Of a stretch of DNA of 64,000 nucleotides, positions 1 through 9,298 are shown in pieces. Made by a program: the position numbers and the translations under genes. The DNA comes from Longimicrobiales bacterium (GTDB lineage Bacteria > Gemmatimonadota > Gemmatimonadetes > Longimicrobiales > Gaopeijiaceae). Where the stretch lies: assembly GCA_965202805.1 (NCBI GenBank), contig OZ241869.1:2240001-2304000 (forward strand). The letters run 5' to 3'. The notes beneath the pieces are model-generated. The model saw only the letters and a program-made list of their open reading frames with translations, was not told the origin of the DNA and ran no database searches. The stretch's first letter is position 1. Every line of letters begins with the position of its first letter.

Positions 1-1
1 C

Positions 2-217
2 GACCTCTACCGCAAGAGGCACCTCCGCGCGGTCGTCGAAAAGGCGGTCAGCGAGTTGCCGGAGCATCACCGGGTCGTCTTCGTGCTGCGGGAACTCCAG
101 GGCAAGACGTACGAGGAGATCGCGGACATCACCGCGGTCAACCTGGGTACGGTGAAGAGCCGACTGAACCGGGCGCGCAACAATTTCGCCCGCATCGTCG
201 CACCCATGCTGGACTGA
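2..217 (+). CDS. ECF-type RNA polymerase sigma factor, C-terminal part (truncated by window edge)
   Basis: Own translation ...LPEHHRVVFVLRELQGKTYEEIADITAVNLGTVKSRLNRAR...MLD* is a sigma-70 region 4 HTH; a zinc anti-sigma gene follows. Confidence 0.9.
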   Translation, partial: DLYRKRHLRAVVEKAVSELPEHHRVVFVLRELQGKTYEEIADITAVNLGTVKSRLNRARNNFARIVAPMLD

Positions 218-555
218 ATCCACGCCGGACGCACCATCCCGTCCGCGCTCCCGAACATCTCTTCCGCGTGTCGCCGGCGCAGCGGGCTGGACGCCCGCGA
301 CTTCCCCGCCGGCCATCGGATTCCGGCCCGGGCCCGGGTGGGAACCTCATCCTGCCCCTTCGGTAGCAGACCTTCCACCGTCCGCTCCCTGAGCGCCGTC
401 CCTCGAGTTTGCGGGGGAACCCGAGCGTTGCACTGCAAGTAGAGAACTCGGCAGGCACCGACGGGCCCACGGGATCGAATCCGGGTTGTCGGACGAGGGT
501 TGAGCCAGCACGGCTCGCAAGGAATAGTCGCCAAATCGCGAGTACACGAACGCAC

Positions 556-1056
556 ATGGATTGCAACGGCTTTCGGGAGCGCTTCTCCGAGTTTTATGAC
601 GGTGAAACGGCCGATGCGGGCGTATTCGAGCAGCACCTGACGGAGTGCGCGAGCTGCCGGCGCTATACGGAAACCGTAACGCGCAGCCTGGCTCTTTTGC
701 GCGCCATCCCCGGCGTGGCCGTTTGCGAAGATTTCCGTCCCCGACTTCAGCATCGCATCTACCACATCCAGGAGAAGCTTGCGCGCCGCCGTCGCGGCGC
801 CCCGTTCACCCGCCTGGGCGTGGCGTTCGCCGCCACGATTCTGCTGGCGCTGGCCGTATGGGGACCGGAACTCGTCCAGGAGACTCCCCAGGTCGCGCTT
901 CCCCCCATCGTCGTCTCCGAGCCTCCCTCGCCGCGCACGGCGGCTCCGTCCGCCACGGTACGCTATCGCAACATCCGCCTGCTCGACTCGAGCCTGGACG
1001 GCGACGACCTGTGGAGCCGCGCGCTGTACGAGTACTCACACCTCTCCCAGCGCTGA
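556..1056 (+). CDS. Zinc-finger (zf-HC2/ZAS) transmembrane anti-sigma factor
   Basis: MDC...HLTECASC (HxxxCxxC) followed by one TM helix; lies downstream of the ECF sigma. Confidence 0.85.
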   Translation: MDCNGFRERFSEFYDGETADAGVFEQHLTECASCRRYTETVTRSLALLRAIPGVAVCEDFRPRLQHRIYHIQEKLARRRRGAPFTRLGVAFAATILLALAVWGPELVQETPQVALPPIVVSEPPSPRTAAPSATVRYRNIRLLDSSLDGDDLWSRALYEYSHLSQR

Positions 1057-1081
1057 CCAGGCACCCAAGTCCCGCCAGCCG

Positions 1082-2140
1082 ATGATCCCCGCCCCCTACC
1101 GGCGCGCGCTTGGCGGGCACGGAGGCGGGGTCTTCTACCTTCACGGCGAAGACGACTTCCGCAAGCGTGAGGCCGCGCGGGAGATCGCCGAAGCCCATCT
1201 CGACCCGGCGACGCGCGACTTCAACTTCGATGTCATGTCCGGCCCGGAGCTCGACGTGCGCGATCTGGCCTCGGTGCTGGCCACCCCGCCCATGATGGCC
1301 GAGTGGCGCGTGGTGCTGGTCCATGGCGCGGAGGCGCTGGCTCCGCTTGCCGCGGCGCGCAAGCTCGTGCTCGGCATCGCCGCAGCGCCCCCGGAGGGGC
1401 TGGCCCTGATTCTGACCGCTACGCGGCCCGCACGCTCCAGGGCGCGTTTCTACCGGGACATCGTGCGCGCCGCGCGCTCGCTCGAGTTCCGACCCGTGCG
1501 GGCAAACGACCTGCCCGGCTTCCTGATCTCGTGGAGCCGCGACCGGCATGGCGCGGAGATGAACGAAGACGCCGCGCGAGCACTGGCGGCGGCGGTCGGG
1601 TCGGACATGGGAGTACTGGCGCAGGAGGTCGCCAAGCTGGCCGCCATGGTCCCCGAGGGCCGCCCGATTACGGTGGAGACGGTGGAGGAGGGAGGGATCC
1701 GGGTACCCCGCCTCGACCCATGGCGCTGGTTCGACATGGTGGGGGAACGAGACTTCGCCGCGGCCACCGCCGCCCTCGGCGAACTCTTCCTGCGCGGCCA
1801 ATCAGGCGTCTTCCTGGTCATGGGCCTCACCACCCGCTTCCTGCGCATCGGGCTGGCGCTCGACCGCGGGCTGTCCGGGCTTGAAGCCGCGCTTCCGCCC
1901 CACCAGCGCTGGCTCGCCCGCCGCATCCAGGGGCAGAGCCGGGGCTGGAACCGCGAGAGCCTGGACGCGGCGCTGCTCGGCCTGCGCCGGGTGGACCGGC
2001 TGATGAAGGCCAGTGCCCTGCCCCACCATCATCTTCTGGAGGAATGGCTGCTCGCGCAGCGTGCCTCCGCGGGAGAGGGGGGGCGAGCGGGGCCTCTCCG
2101 CGCCGGTACCCGGAAGCGGCGAGGAGAGGCCGTCAGGTAG
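1082..2140 (+). CDS. holA: DNA polymerase III subunit delta
   Basis: YLHGEDDF, DFNFD, TPPMMAEWRVVLV, LAQEVAKL motifs; start set at ATG 1082 within ORF 779..2140. Confidence 0.88.
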   Translation: MIPAPYRRALGGHGGGVFYLHGEDDFRKREAAREIAEAHLDPATRDFNFDVMSGPELDVRDLASVLATPPMMAEWRVVLVHGAEALAPLAAARKLVLGIAAAPPEGLALILTATRPARSRARFYRDIVRAARSLEFRPVRANDLPGFLISWSRDRHGAEMNEDAARALAAAVGSDMGVLAQEVAKLAAMVPEGRPITVETVEEGGIRVPRLDPWRWFDMVGERDFAAATAALGELFLRGQSGVFLVMGLTTRFLRIGLALDRGLSGLEAALPPHQRWLARRIQGQSRGWNRESLDAALLGLRRVDRLMKASALPHHHLLEEWLLAQRASAGEGGRAGPLRAGTRKRRGEAVR

Positions 2141-2149
2141 GGGGCGCGA

Positions 2150-2590
2150 CTATCCGCGAACGCCCAGGCTCCAGATGAATGCCGCGAGCGAACTGACTTC
2201 CCTGTCGGACAGACCCAGCCCGCCGCGCGGGAGCATCAGGCCGGGATACTCCTTCGGTTCGAGAACCCCGGTCTCGATGACCCGGATGATGCCGGCGTAG
2301 GTACCGTCGGAGTTGAGCCACACGTCGTCGGCGAGGTTAGGCGCCAACTGTCCCCCCTTGCCGTTGGCCCCATGGCACGCGGAGCAGGTCGCCCGGGCGT
2401 TGAAGAGGATCCGCCCCTCCGAAATGGACTCCAGGGTGACGCCGTCCGGAGCCGTGCCATCGTTCAGGGTTGCGCTCAGGACATCCGGCATCGGAAGATC
2501 CGCGTTCGCGTCTCCGGTTCCGCCGCATGCCGTGGCCGCAGCGATTATCAATAGTGGCAAGACATTACTCGGCAATGACTTATATAACAT
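2150..2590 (-). CDS. Mono-heme c-type cytochrome, probable lipoprotein
   Basis: Lipobox-like AATAC, CSACH heme motif, APNLADDVW and a distal Met (LMLPRG). Confidence 0.8.
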   Translation of the reverse strand: MLYKSLPSNVLPLLIIAAATACGGTGDANADLPMPDVLSATLNDGTAPDGVTLESISEGRILFNARATCSACHGANGKGGQLAPNLADDVWLNSDGTYAGIIRVIETGVLEPKEYPGLMLPRGGLGLSDREVSSLAAFIWSLGVRG

Positions 2591-2842
2591 CAGAAATTCC
2601 TTTCGGGATTGAGTGTCGTCGGGTGTTGACGACACAGCGGATGATACACCCGGAAGCGGGCAAGGAGCCCGCCCGGAAGCGCTCGCATCCAGCCCGATCC
2701 CGCTCGCGACCTGGCTGCGGTTCACGCCGGCGCTCCCCTTCCGGGACGGTCTGCGAAACCACAACTTGGATCATGGCCCCGGGTGGGGGTCGCGCACATC
2801 AGGACGAGCTTTCGGGATGATCTCCGGCACCAGCGCCACGCC

Positions 2843-5449
2843 ATGACCCAGGACACGCCGCTCATGCGCCAGTGGCGGGCCGTGAAGGCGCGCCATCGCG
2901 ATGCCCTGGTGTTCATCCGGGTAGGCGATTTCTTCGAGCTCTTCAACGAGGACGCGCGCAAGGGTGCGCGCCTGCTCGGGCTTACCCTGACCGCACGCAA
3001 CAACGGGGCGGCGCGGCAGGTCCCGCTCGCGGGCGTGCCCGCCAAGGCGCTGGACGACTACCTGCGCAAGCTGGTGAAGCTGGGGTGCCGGGTGACCATC
3101 TGCGACCAGGTCGAGGATGCCCGGGCGGCCAAGGGGCTGGTGCGCCGCGAGGTGGTTGAGACCATCACTCCCGGCACGGTCGTCCACGACGAGCTGCTGG
3201 AGGCCCGGCGAAACAACTTCCTGGTCGCGCTCGCGCCCGCGGCGAAGGAGGCCGGCGGTCTGGCCGCCCTCGACCTGTCCACGGGCGAACTGGTGCTCGA
3301 GGTTGTCGGCGAGGAGGCTCTCGCCGCCCGCATGGGCGAGTTGGCGCCGGCCGAGCTGCTCCTGCCCGCTTCCCTGGAGGGACGAGCCCTGCCGGGCGCG
3401 GCGCCCGACACGCTGGTCACCCTCCGCGACGACTGGATCTTCGGAGAGGAGGCGGCGCGCGAGGAAGCGCGGCGCGCCTACGGAGTGCTCTCCCTGCAGG
3501 GATTCGGCATCGAGGCGGGTGATGCGCCCGCGGTGCGCGCCGCGGGCGCCCTGCTCGCCTACGTCGCGGAGATCCGCCCCGGCGGGCTGGCGCACCTGCA
3601 GCCTCCCGTCGTGCGCCGTCCCGGCTCGACCATGGTGGTCGACGAGATGACGCGCCGGAACCTGGAGTTGACCGAGCCTCTGCGCCCGGGCGACCAGGGC
3701 GCCACCCTCATCTCGGTGCTGGACGACACCGTCACGGCCATGGGCGCGCGCACGCTGCGGAGCTGGCTGCTGGCGCCGCTGGTGGAAGCAGACGCCATCT
3801 GGAAACGCCAGGAGGTGGTGGGGGAGTTCTTCGAGCGGTTCGAGGTGCGGCGTGACGTTCGCGAGGCGCTCTCCGAGGTCGCCGACCTTGAGCGCCTGGC
3901 GGGAAAGATCTCGCTGGGCCGGGTCATGCCGCGCGACCTGCTCGCGCTGGCGCGTTCCCTCGACCGGGTCCCCCCGGTGCGGCGCGCGCTGGCGGCCGCC
4001 GAGCTCCCCGGGCTGCGGGAGCGGGGCGCCCGGCTCGACGCCATGGAGGACGTGCGCGAGATGCTCGGGCGGGCCATAGCCCCGGACGCACCCGCGACCC
4101 TTCAGGAAGGCGGCGCGATCCGGGCCGGGTACGACGCGGGTCTCGACGCGCTCCGCCAGACCCGCGGCGATGCGCGGACGTCGATCGCGACGCTGCAGGC
4201 CCGGGAACGGGAGCGCACGGGCATCGCCTCGCTGAAAGTCGCCTACAACAAGGTGTTCGGGTACTACCTGGAGGTCACCCGGGTCAACCTGGACCGGGTC
4301 CCGGACGACTATGTGCGCAAGCAGACGCTGTCCAACGCGGAGCGCTTCTTCACCCCCGAGCTGAAGGAGTGGGAAGGCCGCATTCTGGACGCCGAGGACC
4401 GCATCGCGACGCTAGAGGCGGAGCTGTTCGCCGCAGTGCGGGGGGAGGTGGCCGAGCAGGTGGGGCGGCTACAGAAACTCGGGCGCGCGCTCGGGCGTCT
4501 GGATGCGCTGGCGGGGCTCGCGGAGGTGGCGGAGCGGAGCGGCTACGTCCGCCCGGAGATCCATTCCGGCTACGCTGTCGAGGTACGCGCCGGCCGGCAC
4601 CCGGTGGTGGAGGCGGTGATGCCCGCGGGCAGCTTCGTGCCCAACGACCTGGTGCTGGAGGAAGACGGTCGGGTTGTCGTGCTGACCGGCCCCAACATGG
4701 CGGGCAAGAGCACCATCCTGCGACAGGCGGGGCTCATCCAGCTGCTCGCCCAGATGGGGTCCTGCGTGCCGGCCGACCGGGCAAGGCTGCCGGTCTGCGA
4801 CCGGATCTTTACCCGGGTCGGAGCGAGCGACAACCTGGCCCGCGGACAATCGACCTTCATGGTCGAAATGCACGAATCGGCGGCGATCGTCCACGGCGCC
4901 ACCGCGGACAGCCTGGTGCTGCTGGACGAGATCGGGCGCGGCACCTCCACCTACGACGGGGTCTCCATCGCGTGGGCGGTCACCGAGCACCTGCACGAAG
5001 TGGTCGGCGCCAAGACCATCTTCGCGACCCACTACCACGAGCTCACCCAGCTGGGCGAACTGCTCCCGGCAGTGCGCAACCTGAACGTGGCGGTGCGCGA
5101 GTCAGGCGAGGACATCGTATTCCTGCGTCGCCTGGAGCAGGGAGGCGCCGACCGGTCCTACGGAATCCAGGTGGCGCGCCTGGCCGGGATGCCGCCCGCC
5201 ATCGTGGAGCGGGCAAAGGAACTTCTGGCGGAACTGGAGGGAAGACGTACACATGACGACGGAGGGTGTCTGGGCCGTCAGGGTGAACGTCGGCCTTCTT
5301 CGGCCGTGGAGCCCGGCCAGCTCTCTCTCTTCGCGGCCGAGGCCGAACTGTGCGCCCGCCTTCAGGAGATCGATCTCGACAACATGACCCCACTGGAATC
5401 CATGACACTGCTCGCGGAACTGCGCCGGGTTGCGCGCGGGGCACGTTAG
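2843..5449 (+). CDS. mutS: DNA mismatch repair protein MutS
   Basis: TPLMRQW, GDFFELF, TGPNMAGKST, STFMVEM, DEIGRGTST, FATHYHEL, SYGIQVA. Confidence 0.98.
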   Translation: MTQDTPLMRQWRAVKARHRDALVFIRVGDFFELFNEDARKGARLLGLTLTARNNGAARQVPLAGVPAKALDDYLRKLVKLGCRVTICDQVEDARAAKGLVRREVVETITPGTVVHDELLEARRNNFLVALAPAAKEAGGLAALDLSTGELVLEVVGEEALAARMGELAPAELLLPASLEGRALPGAAPDTLVTLRDDWIFGEEAAREEARRAYGVLSLQGFGIEAGDAPAVRAAGALLAYVAEIRPGGLAHLQPPVVRRPGSTMVVDEMTRRNLELTEPLRPGDQGATLISVLDDTVTAMGARTLRSWLLAPLVEADAIWKRQEVVGEFFERFEVRRDVREALSEVADLERLAGKISLGRVMPRDLLALARSLDRVPPVRRALAAAELPGLRERGARLDAMEDVREMLGRAIAPDAPATLQEGGAIRAGYDAGLDALRQTRGDARTSIATLQARERERTGIASLKVAYNKVFGYYLEVTRVNLDRVPDDYVRKQTLSNAERFFTPELKEWEGRILDAEDRIATLEAELFAAVRGEVAEQVGRLQKLGRALGRLDALAGLAEVAERSGYVRPEIHSGYAVEVRAGRHPVVEAVMPAGSFVPNDLVLEEDGRVVVLTGPNMAGKSTILRQAGLIQLLAQMGSCVPADRARLPVCDRIFTRVGASDNLARGQSTFMVEMHESAAIVHGATADSLVLLDEIGRGTSTYDGVSIAWAVTEHLHEVVGAKTIFATHYHELTQLGELLPAVRNLNVAVRESGEDIVFLRRLEQGGADRSYGIQVARLAGMPPAIVERAKELLAELEGRRTHDDGGCLGRQGERRPSSAVEPGQLSLFAAEAELCARLQEIDLDNMTPLESMTLLAELRRVARGAR

Positions 5450-5451
5450 TC

Positions 5452-5895
5452 ATGCCGGCGCCGCTCCGGCACAGACATCCCCCGACCGGGACCGGGGGCC
5501 TGGCAGCCCGCGGACCAACTCCCGCCGTCGTGGGAGCGGCGGTGCATCCGCGCTGGATCGCGTTGCTGTGCGTGCCCTTGCTCACGGCCTGCTCCAGCGA
5601 TGCCGAGGTGGAGGATCCCGCGCCCCTTGGCGAAGGCGTCCCCATCGAATACCCGCTGGAGATGTGGGATCGGGGCATAGAGGGCGAGACGGTGCTCCAG
5701 GTCCGCGTCAACGAGCTGGGTGAGGTGGATTCGGTCGCGGTGATCGAGACCAGCGGCCACGAGTCGCTCGATTCGGCCGCCGCCGAAGGCGCGCGCGCGA
5801 TGCTCTTCCATCCCGGGCGCAGAGGCGGGCGCGACGTGCCGGTGTGGGTGCGGATTCCGGTGCAGTTCTCCAGGCAGTCGAGCCCCGAACCCTGA
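5452..5895 (+). CDS. TonB C-terminal domain protein (energy transducer TonB family)
   Basis: YP...GIEGETVLQVRVNELGEV...TSGHESLDSAA...VPVWVRIPVQF; lipobox-like LTAC. Confidence 0.8.
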   Translation: MPAPLRHRHPPTGTGGLAARGPTPAVVGAAVHPRWIALLCVPLLTACSSDAEVEDPAPLGEGVPIEYPLEMWDRGIEGETVLQVRVNELGEVDSVAVIETSGHESLDSAAAEGARAMLFHPGRRGGRDVPVWVRIPVQFSRQSSPEP

Positions 5896-5923
5896 TGGCC
5901 GCCCGCAGGGAAGGAGCGCGGCC

Positions 5924-7315
5924 ATGAGCGTCCGCCATCGCGAGCCCTACGACAACGTTATGGAGATGGTGGGGTGGACCCCGCTGGTGCGGCTGCACAG
6001 TGTCGCCGCGGACTGCCGCACCCCGGTTTACGGGAAGTGCGAGTTCATGAGCCCCGGCGGTTCGGTGAAGGATCGCATCGGCCTCGCCCTGGTGAGCGCC
6101 GCGGAGCGGGACGGGACCCTGCGGCCGGGCGGCGTCATCGTCGAAGCCACCAGCGGGAACACCGGGCTGGCGCTCGCGATGGCTGCGGCGACGCGCGGGT
6201 ATCGCTGCATCTTCACCATGCCCGACAAGATGAGCCAGGAGAAGGTGAAGCTGCTGCGCGCCTTCGGGGCGGAGGTGGTGATCACCCCCACGGCCGTCGG
6301 CCCCGACCATCCCGACCACTACCAGCAGGTCGCCCGCCGCATCACCCGGGAGACCCCCGGCGCCGTGCTGGCCGACCAGTTCTACAACCTCGAGAACCCG
6401 AACGCCCACTACGCCACGACCGGACCGGAACTCTGGGAGCAGAGCGGAGGCCGCATCACCCACCTGGTGGGCGGAGCGGGCACCGGAGGCACCATCTCCG
6501 GCGCCGGCGCATACCTGAAGGAGCGGAACCCGGCGGTCGAGGTGGTGGGCGTGGATCCGGTGGGGTCGGTGATCTCGTCCTTCTTCAACACCGGCGAGAT
6601 GGGGGAGGGACACCCCTACCTGGTGGAGGGACTCGGTAACGACAAGATCCCCGGCGCGCTCAACCTCGACGTGGTGGATGCGTACGTGACCGTCAAGGAC
6701 GGCGAAGCCTTCCGCATGGCGCGCCGGCTGACCACGGAGGAGGGGCTCTTCGTGGGGGGCTCGTCGGGGCTGAACACACACGCCGGGGTGGAGCTGGCCC
6801 GCCGGCTCGACGACCCGGAGGCCTTCGTGGTCGCCATTCTGTGCGACTGGGGAGAACACTACCTTACCAAGATGTACGACGACGAGTGGATGCGGGAGAA
6901 CGGGTTCCTGGAACGCCCGCGCAGGAGCGTCCACGACCTCGTGCGCGCCAAGGAGCCGCTCGGCTTCCGGCTGCTGACGGCGACGCCCTCCACTCCCGTG
7001 CGCATGGCGTTGTCCACCTTGAGCAGCCACGGGATCTCGCAGCTCCCGGTCGTCCGGGGCGGAGATTGCGTCGGCTCGCTGAGCGAGGGAAGGCTCATGG
7101 CACGCGTCATTCAGGACCCGGAAGTCCTGGACCACCCGGTGGAGACCGTCATGGGCTCGCCCTTCCCGGTGGTGGACAGCCATCTCGACGCCGAGAAGGC
7201 GACCCGGCTGCTGACCCGGGAAAACCCGGCGGTCCTGGTGAGGGCCAACGGGACCCTGGAGGACATTCTCACCCGCTTCGACATCGTGCGAACGCTCACG
7301 GGAGCGGCCGGTTGA
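5924..7315 (+). CDS. Cystathionine beta-synthase (PLP domain plus C-terminal CBS pair)
   Basis: PGGSVKDRI PLP lysine, EATSGNTG, GAGTGGT, C-terminal CBS domains (ISQLPVV). Confidence 0.9.
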   Translation: MSVRHREPYDNVMEMVGWTPLVRLHSVAADCRTPVYGKCEFMSPGGSVKDRIGLALVSAAERDGTLRPGGVIVEATSGNTGLALAMAAATRGYRCIFTMPDKMSQEKVKLLRAFGAEVVITPTAVGPDHPDHYQQVARRITRETPGAVLADQFYNLENPNAHYATTGPELWEQSGGRITHLVGGAGTGGTISGAGAYLKERNPAVEVVGVDPVGSVISSFFNTGEMGEGHPYLVEGLGNDKIPGALNLDVVDAYVTVKDGEAFRMARRLTTEEGLFVGGSSGLNTHAGVELARRLDDPEAFVVAILCDWGEHYLTKMYDDEWMRENGFLERPRRSVHDLVRAKEPLGFRLLTATPSTPVRMALSTLSSHGISQLPVVRGGDCVGSLSEGRLMARVIQDPEVLDHPVETVMGSPFPVVDSHLDAEKATRLLTRENPAVLVRANGTLEDILTRFDIVRTLTGAAG

Positions 7316-7337
7316 GCGGGGCCCGGCGGGGAATGCG

Positions 7338-8366
7338 GTGATGAAGGTCGCCGTGCTCATGGGCGGGACCTCCGAGGAACGGCCGGTATCGCTGGTCTCG
7401 GGCGCCGAGGTCGCCGCGGCGTTGCGCCGCCGCGGACATGAGGCCGTGGCGGTCGATCCCGCGTCGGGCGTGCTCAGCCGGGAACGGGAACGCGAGCTGC
7501 GCGAGTCCGGAGTGGCCCGGGAGGCGCCGCCCTCCGCGGGACCGGGCGGGAGCGATCCCCTGCTCCTCCTCGACGAGGCGTTGCGGGCCTGCGCGCCCGA
7601 CGTGGTCTTCCCGGCGCTCCACGGCGGGACCGGCGAGGACGGCACCGTGCAGTCGCTGCTCGACCTGATCGGGATCCCCTATGCGGGGAGCGGGCACACC
7701 GGCTGCGCCCTGGCCATGGACAAGGACCTCACCAAGCGGCTGCTGCGCGACGCCGGCATGCCGACGCCCGAGTGGATCACCGGACCCGCGCCCACGGAGC
7801 GCGTCGTGGCCGAGCTGGGGCTTCCCCTGATCGTCAAGCCGCCGAGGGGCGGGTCGACGCTGGGGCTCACGCTCGTGCATCGCGCCCGAGAGGTCCCGGC
7901 CGCGGAGGAGCAGGCGCTCGCCTACGGTGGCGAGGTGATGTTCGAGCGCTACGTTCGGGGACGGGAGTTGACGGTGGGGATTCTGGGGGACCAGGCACTC
8001 CCGCCCGGTGAGATCATCCCCGAAAACGAGATCTTCGACTACGAGTGCAAGTATCAGCCGGGGATGGCGCGCGAGATCTTCCCGGCCCACATCCCGGAGG
8101 ACGTCGCCGCCACACTCCGCCGGCAGGCGCTCGCGGTGCACGGCGTCCTCCGGCTTGACGGCTTCAGCCGCGTCGACTTCATCCTGGACTCCGGCGGCAC
8201 CCCCTGGTGCCTCGAGGCGAACGCGCTTCCGGGCCTCACCCCCGCCAGCCTCCTGCCGCGGGCCGGGCGCGCCGCCGGGCTGTCCTTCGGCGAACTGTGC
8301 GAGCGCATCGCCGCCCTGGCGCTGTCCGGACGCGCCGCGCCGGTTGCCGCCGGCCCCCGCGCATGA
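7338..8366 (+). CDS. ddl: D-alanine--D-alanine ligase
   Basis: GGTSEERPVSLVSG, LHGGTGEDG, FDYECKY, LEANALPG. Confidence 0.95.
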   Translation: MMKVAVLMGGTSEERPVSLVSGAEVAAALRRRGHEAVAVDPASGVLSRERERELRESGVAREAPPSAGPGGSDPLLLLDEALRACAPDVVFPALHGGTGEDGTVQSLLDLIGIPYAGSGHTGCALAMDKDLTKRLLRDAGMPTPEWITGPAPTERVVAELGLPLIVKPPRGGSTLGLTLVHRAREVPAAEEQALAYGGEVMFERYVRGRELTVGILGDQALPPGEIIPENEIFDYECKYQPGMAREIFPAHIPEDVAATLRRQALAVHGVLRLDGFSRVDFILDSGGTPWCLEANALPGLTPASLLPRAGRAAGLSFGELCERIAALALSGRAAPVAAGPRA

Positions 8367-9217
8367 GCTGGTCGTCGTTCCAGCCGGGCTACGGAGCGTC
8401 GGTGCTTACGCCCTGGGTGAAGCGACTGCTGATCGCCAACGGGGCGATCTTCCTGCTCATATGGATAAGCGGAAGCGCCGGCTTCTTCGTGGAGTGGTTC
8501 GCGTTCCGGCCGTCCCGCATCCTCACCCGCCCCTGGGGCGCGCTCACCTACATGTTCCTGCACGCGGGCTTCTGGCATGTGTTCATCAACATGCTGATGC
8601 TGTTCTTCTTCGGCCTGCCGCTGGAGCGGCGCTGGGGTTCGCGCGAGTTCATCAAGTACTACCTGCTGTGCGGACTCGGAGGAGTGGCTCTCAGCTTCGT
8701 CTTCCAGTCCTCTTCGATCATCGGCGCGTCGGCGGCGGTGTACGGCCTGATGGCCGCCTTCGCCATGACCTGGCCGGACGCGCCCATCTACATCTGGGGG
8801 ATCTTTCCGGTCAAGGCGAAATGGCTGGCCGCCTTCCTCTTCGTGGTGAGCACGCTGAGCGCCTTCGGGGGAGGGGGGGACGGGATCGCCCACTTCGCCC
8901 ATCTGGGCGGCCTGGTCACGGGATTCATCTACCTCAGAACCGACTGGCGCACTCCCGCGTGGCTGCGGGGGCGCGGCACGGGCGGCTCCTCGCGTCCGGG
9001 CGAAAGATCCGGTTCCGGCAAGAAACCGGCAGCGCGGCCGACCCCCCCGGCGGACTCCCCCGGTCCCCGGCGACGTTGGGGGAGAGCCGACGAGGAAGCT
9101 CTGCTGGACGAAGTGGACGCCATCCTCGACAAGATCTCGCGCAGCGGGATGAGGTCGCTGACGCGCAAGGAACTCGAACTCCTCAACGAGGTTTCCCGCC
9201 GGCGCCGCTCTTCCTAG
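8363..9217 (+). CDS. Rhomboid family intramembrane serine protease with C-terminal helical extension
   Basis: FLHAGFWHVFINM, IIGASAAVYG (catalytic Ser), AHFAHLGG; C-terminal VDAILDKISRSGMRSLT motif. Confidence 0.9.
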   Translation: MSWSSFQPGYGASVLTPWVKRLLIANGAIFLLIWISGSAGFFVEWFAFRPSRILTRPWGALTYMFLHAGFWHVFINMLMLFFFGLPLERRWGSREFIKYYLLCGLGGVALSFVFQSSSIIGASAAVYGLMAAFAMTWPDAPIYIWGIFPVKAKWLAAFLFVVSTLSAFGGGGDGIAHFAHLGGLVTGFIYLRTDWRTPAWLRGRGTGGSSRPGERSGSGKKPAARPTPPADSPGPRRRWGRADEEALLDEVDAILDKISRSGMRSLTRKELELLNEVSRRRRSS

Positions 9218-9298
9218 CTTCTGCTCCCGGCCGAATCCGCCGGAAACCACGACGCCGCGCCGCGTCGCCCGACTCAACACACGTTTTCAGGAGGCCAG

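Noticed and set aside
341..366. ECF promoter GGAACC-N16-GTAG between sigma and anti-sigma genes
   Set aside because: The -10 match is weak and such hexamers are common in GC-rich DNA; not supportable without TSS data.
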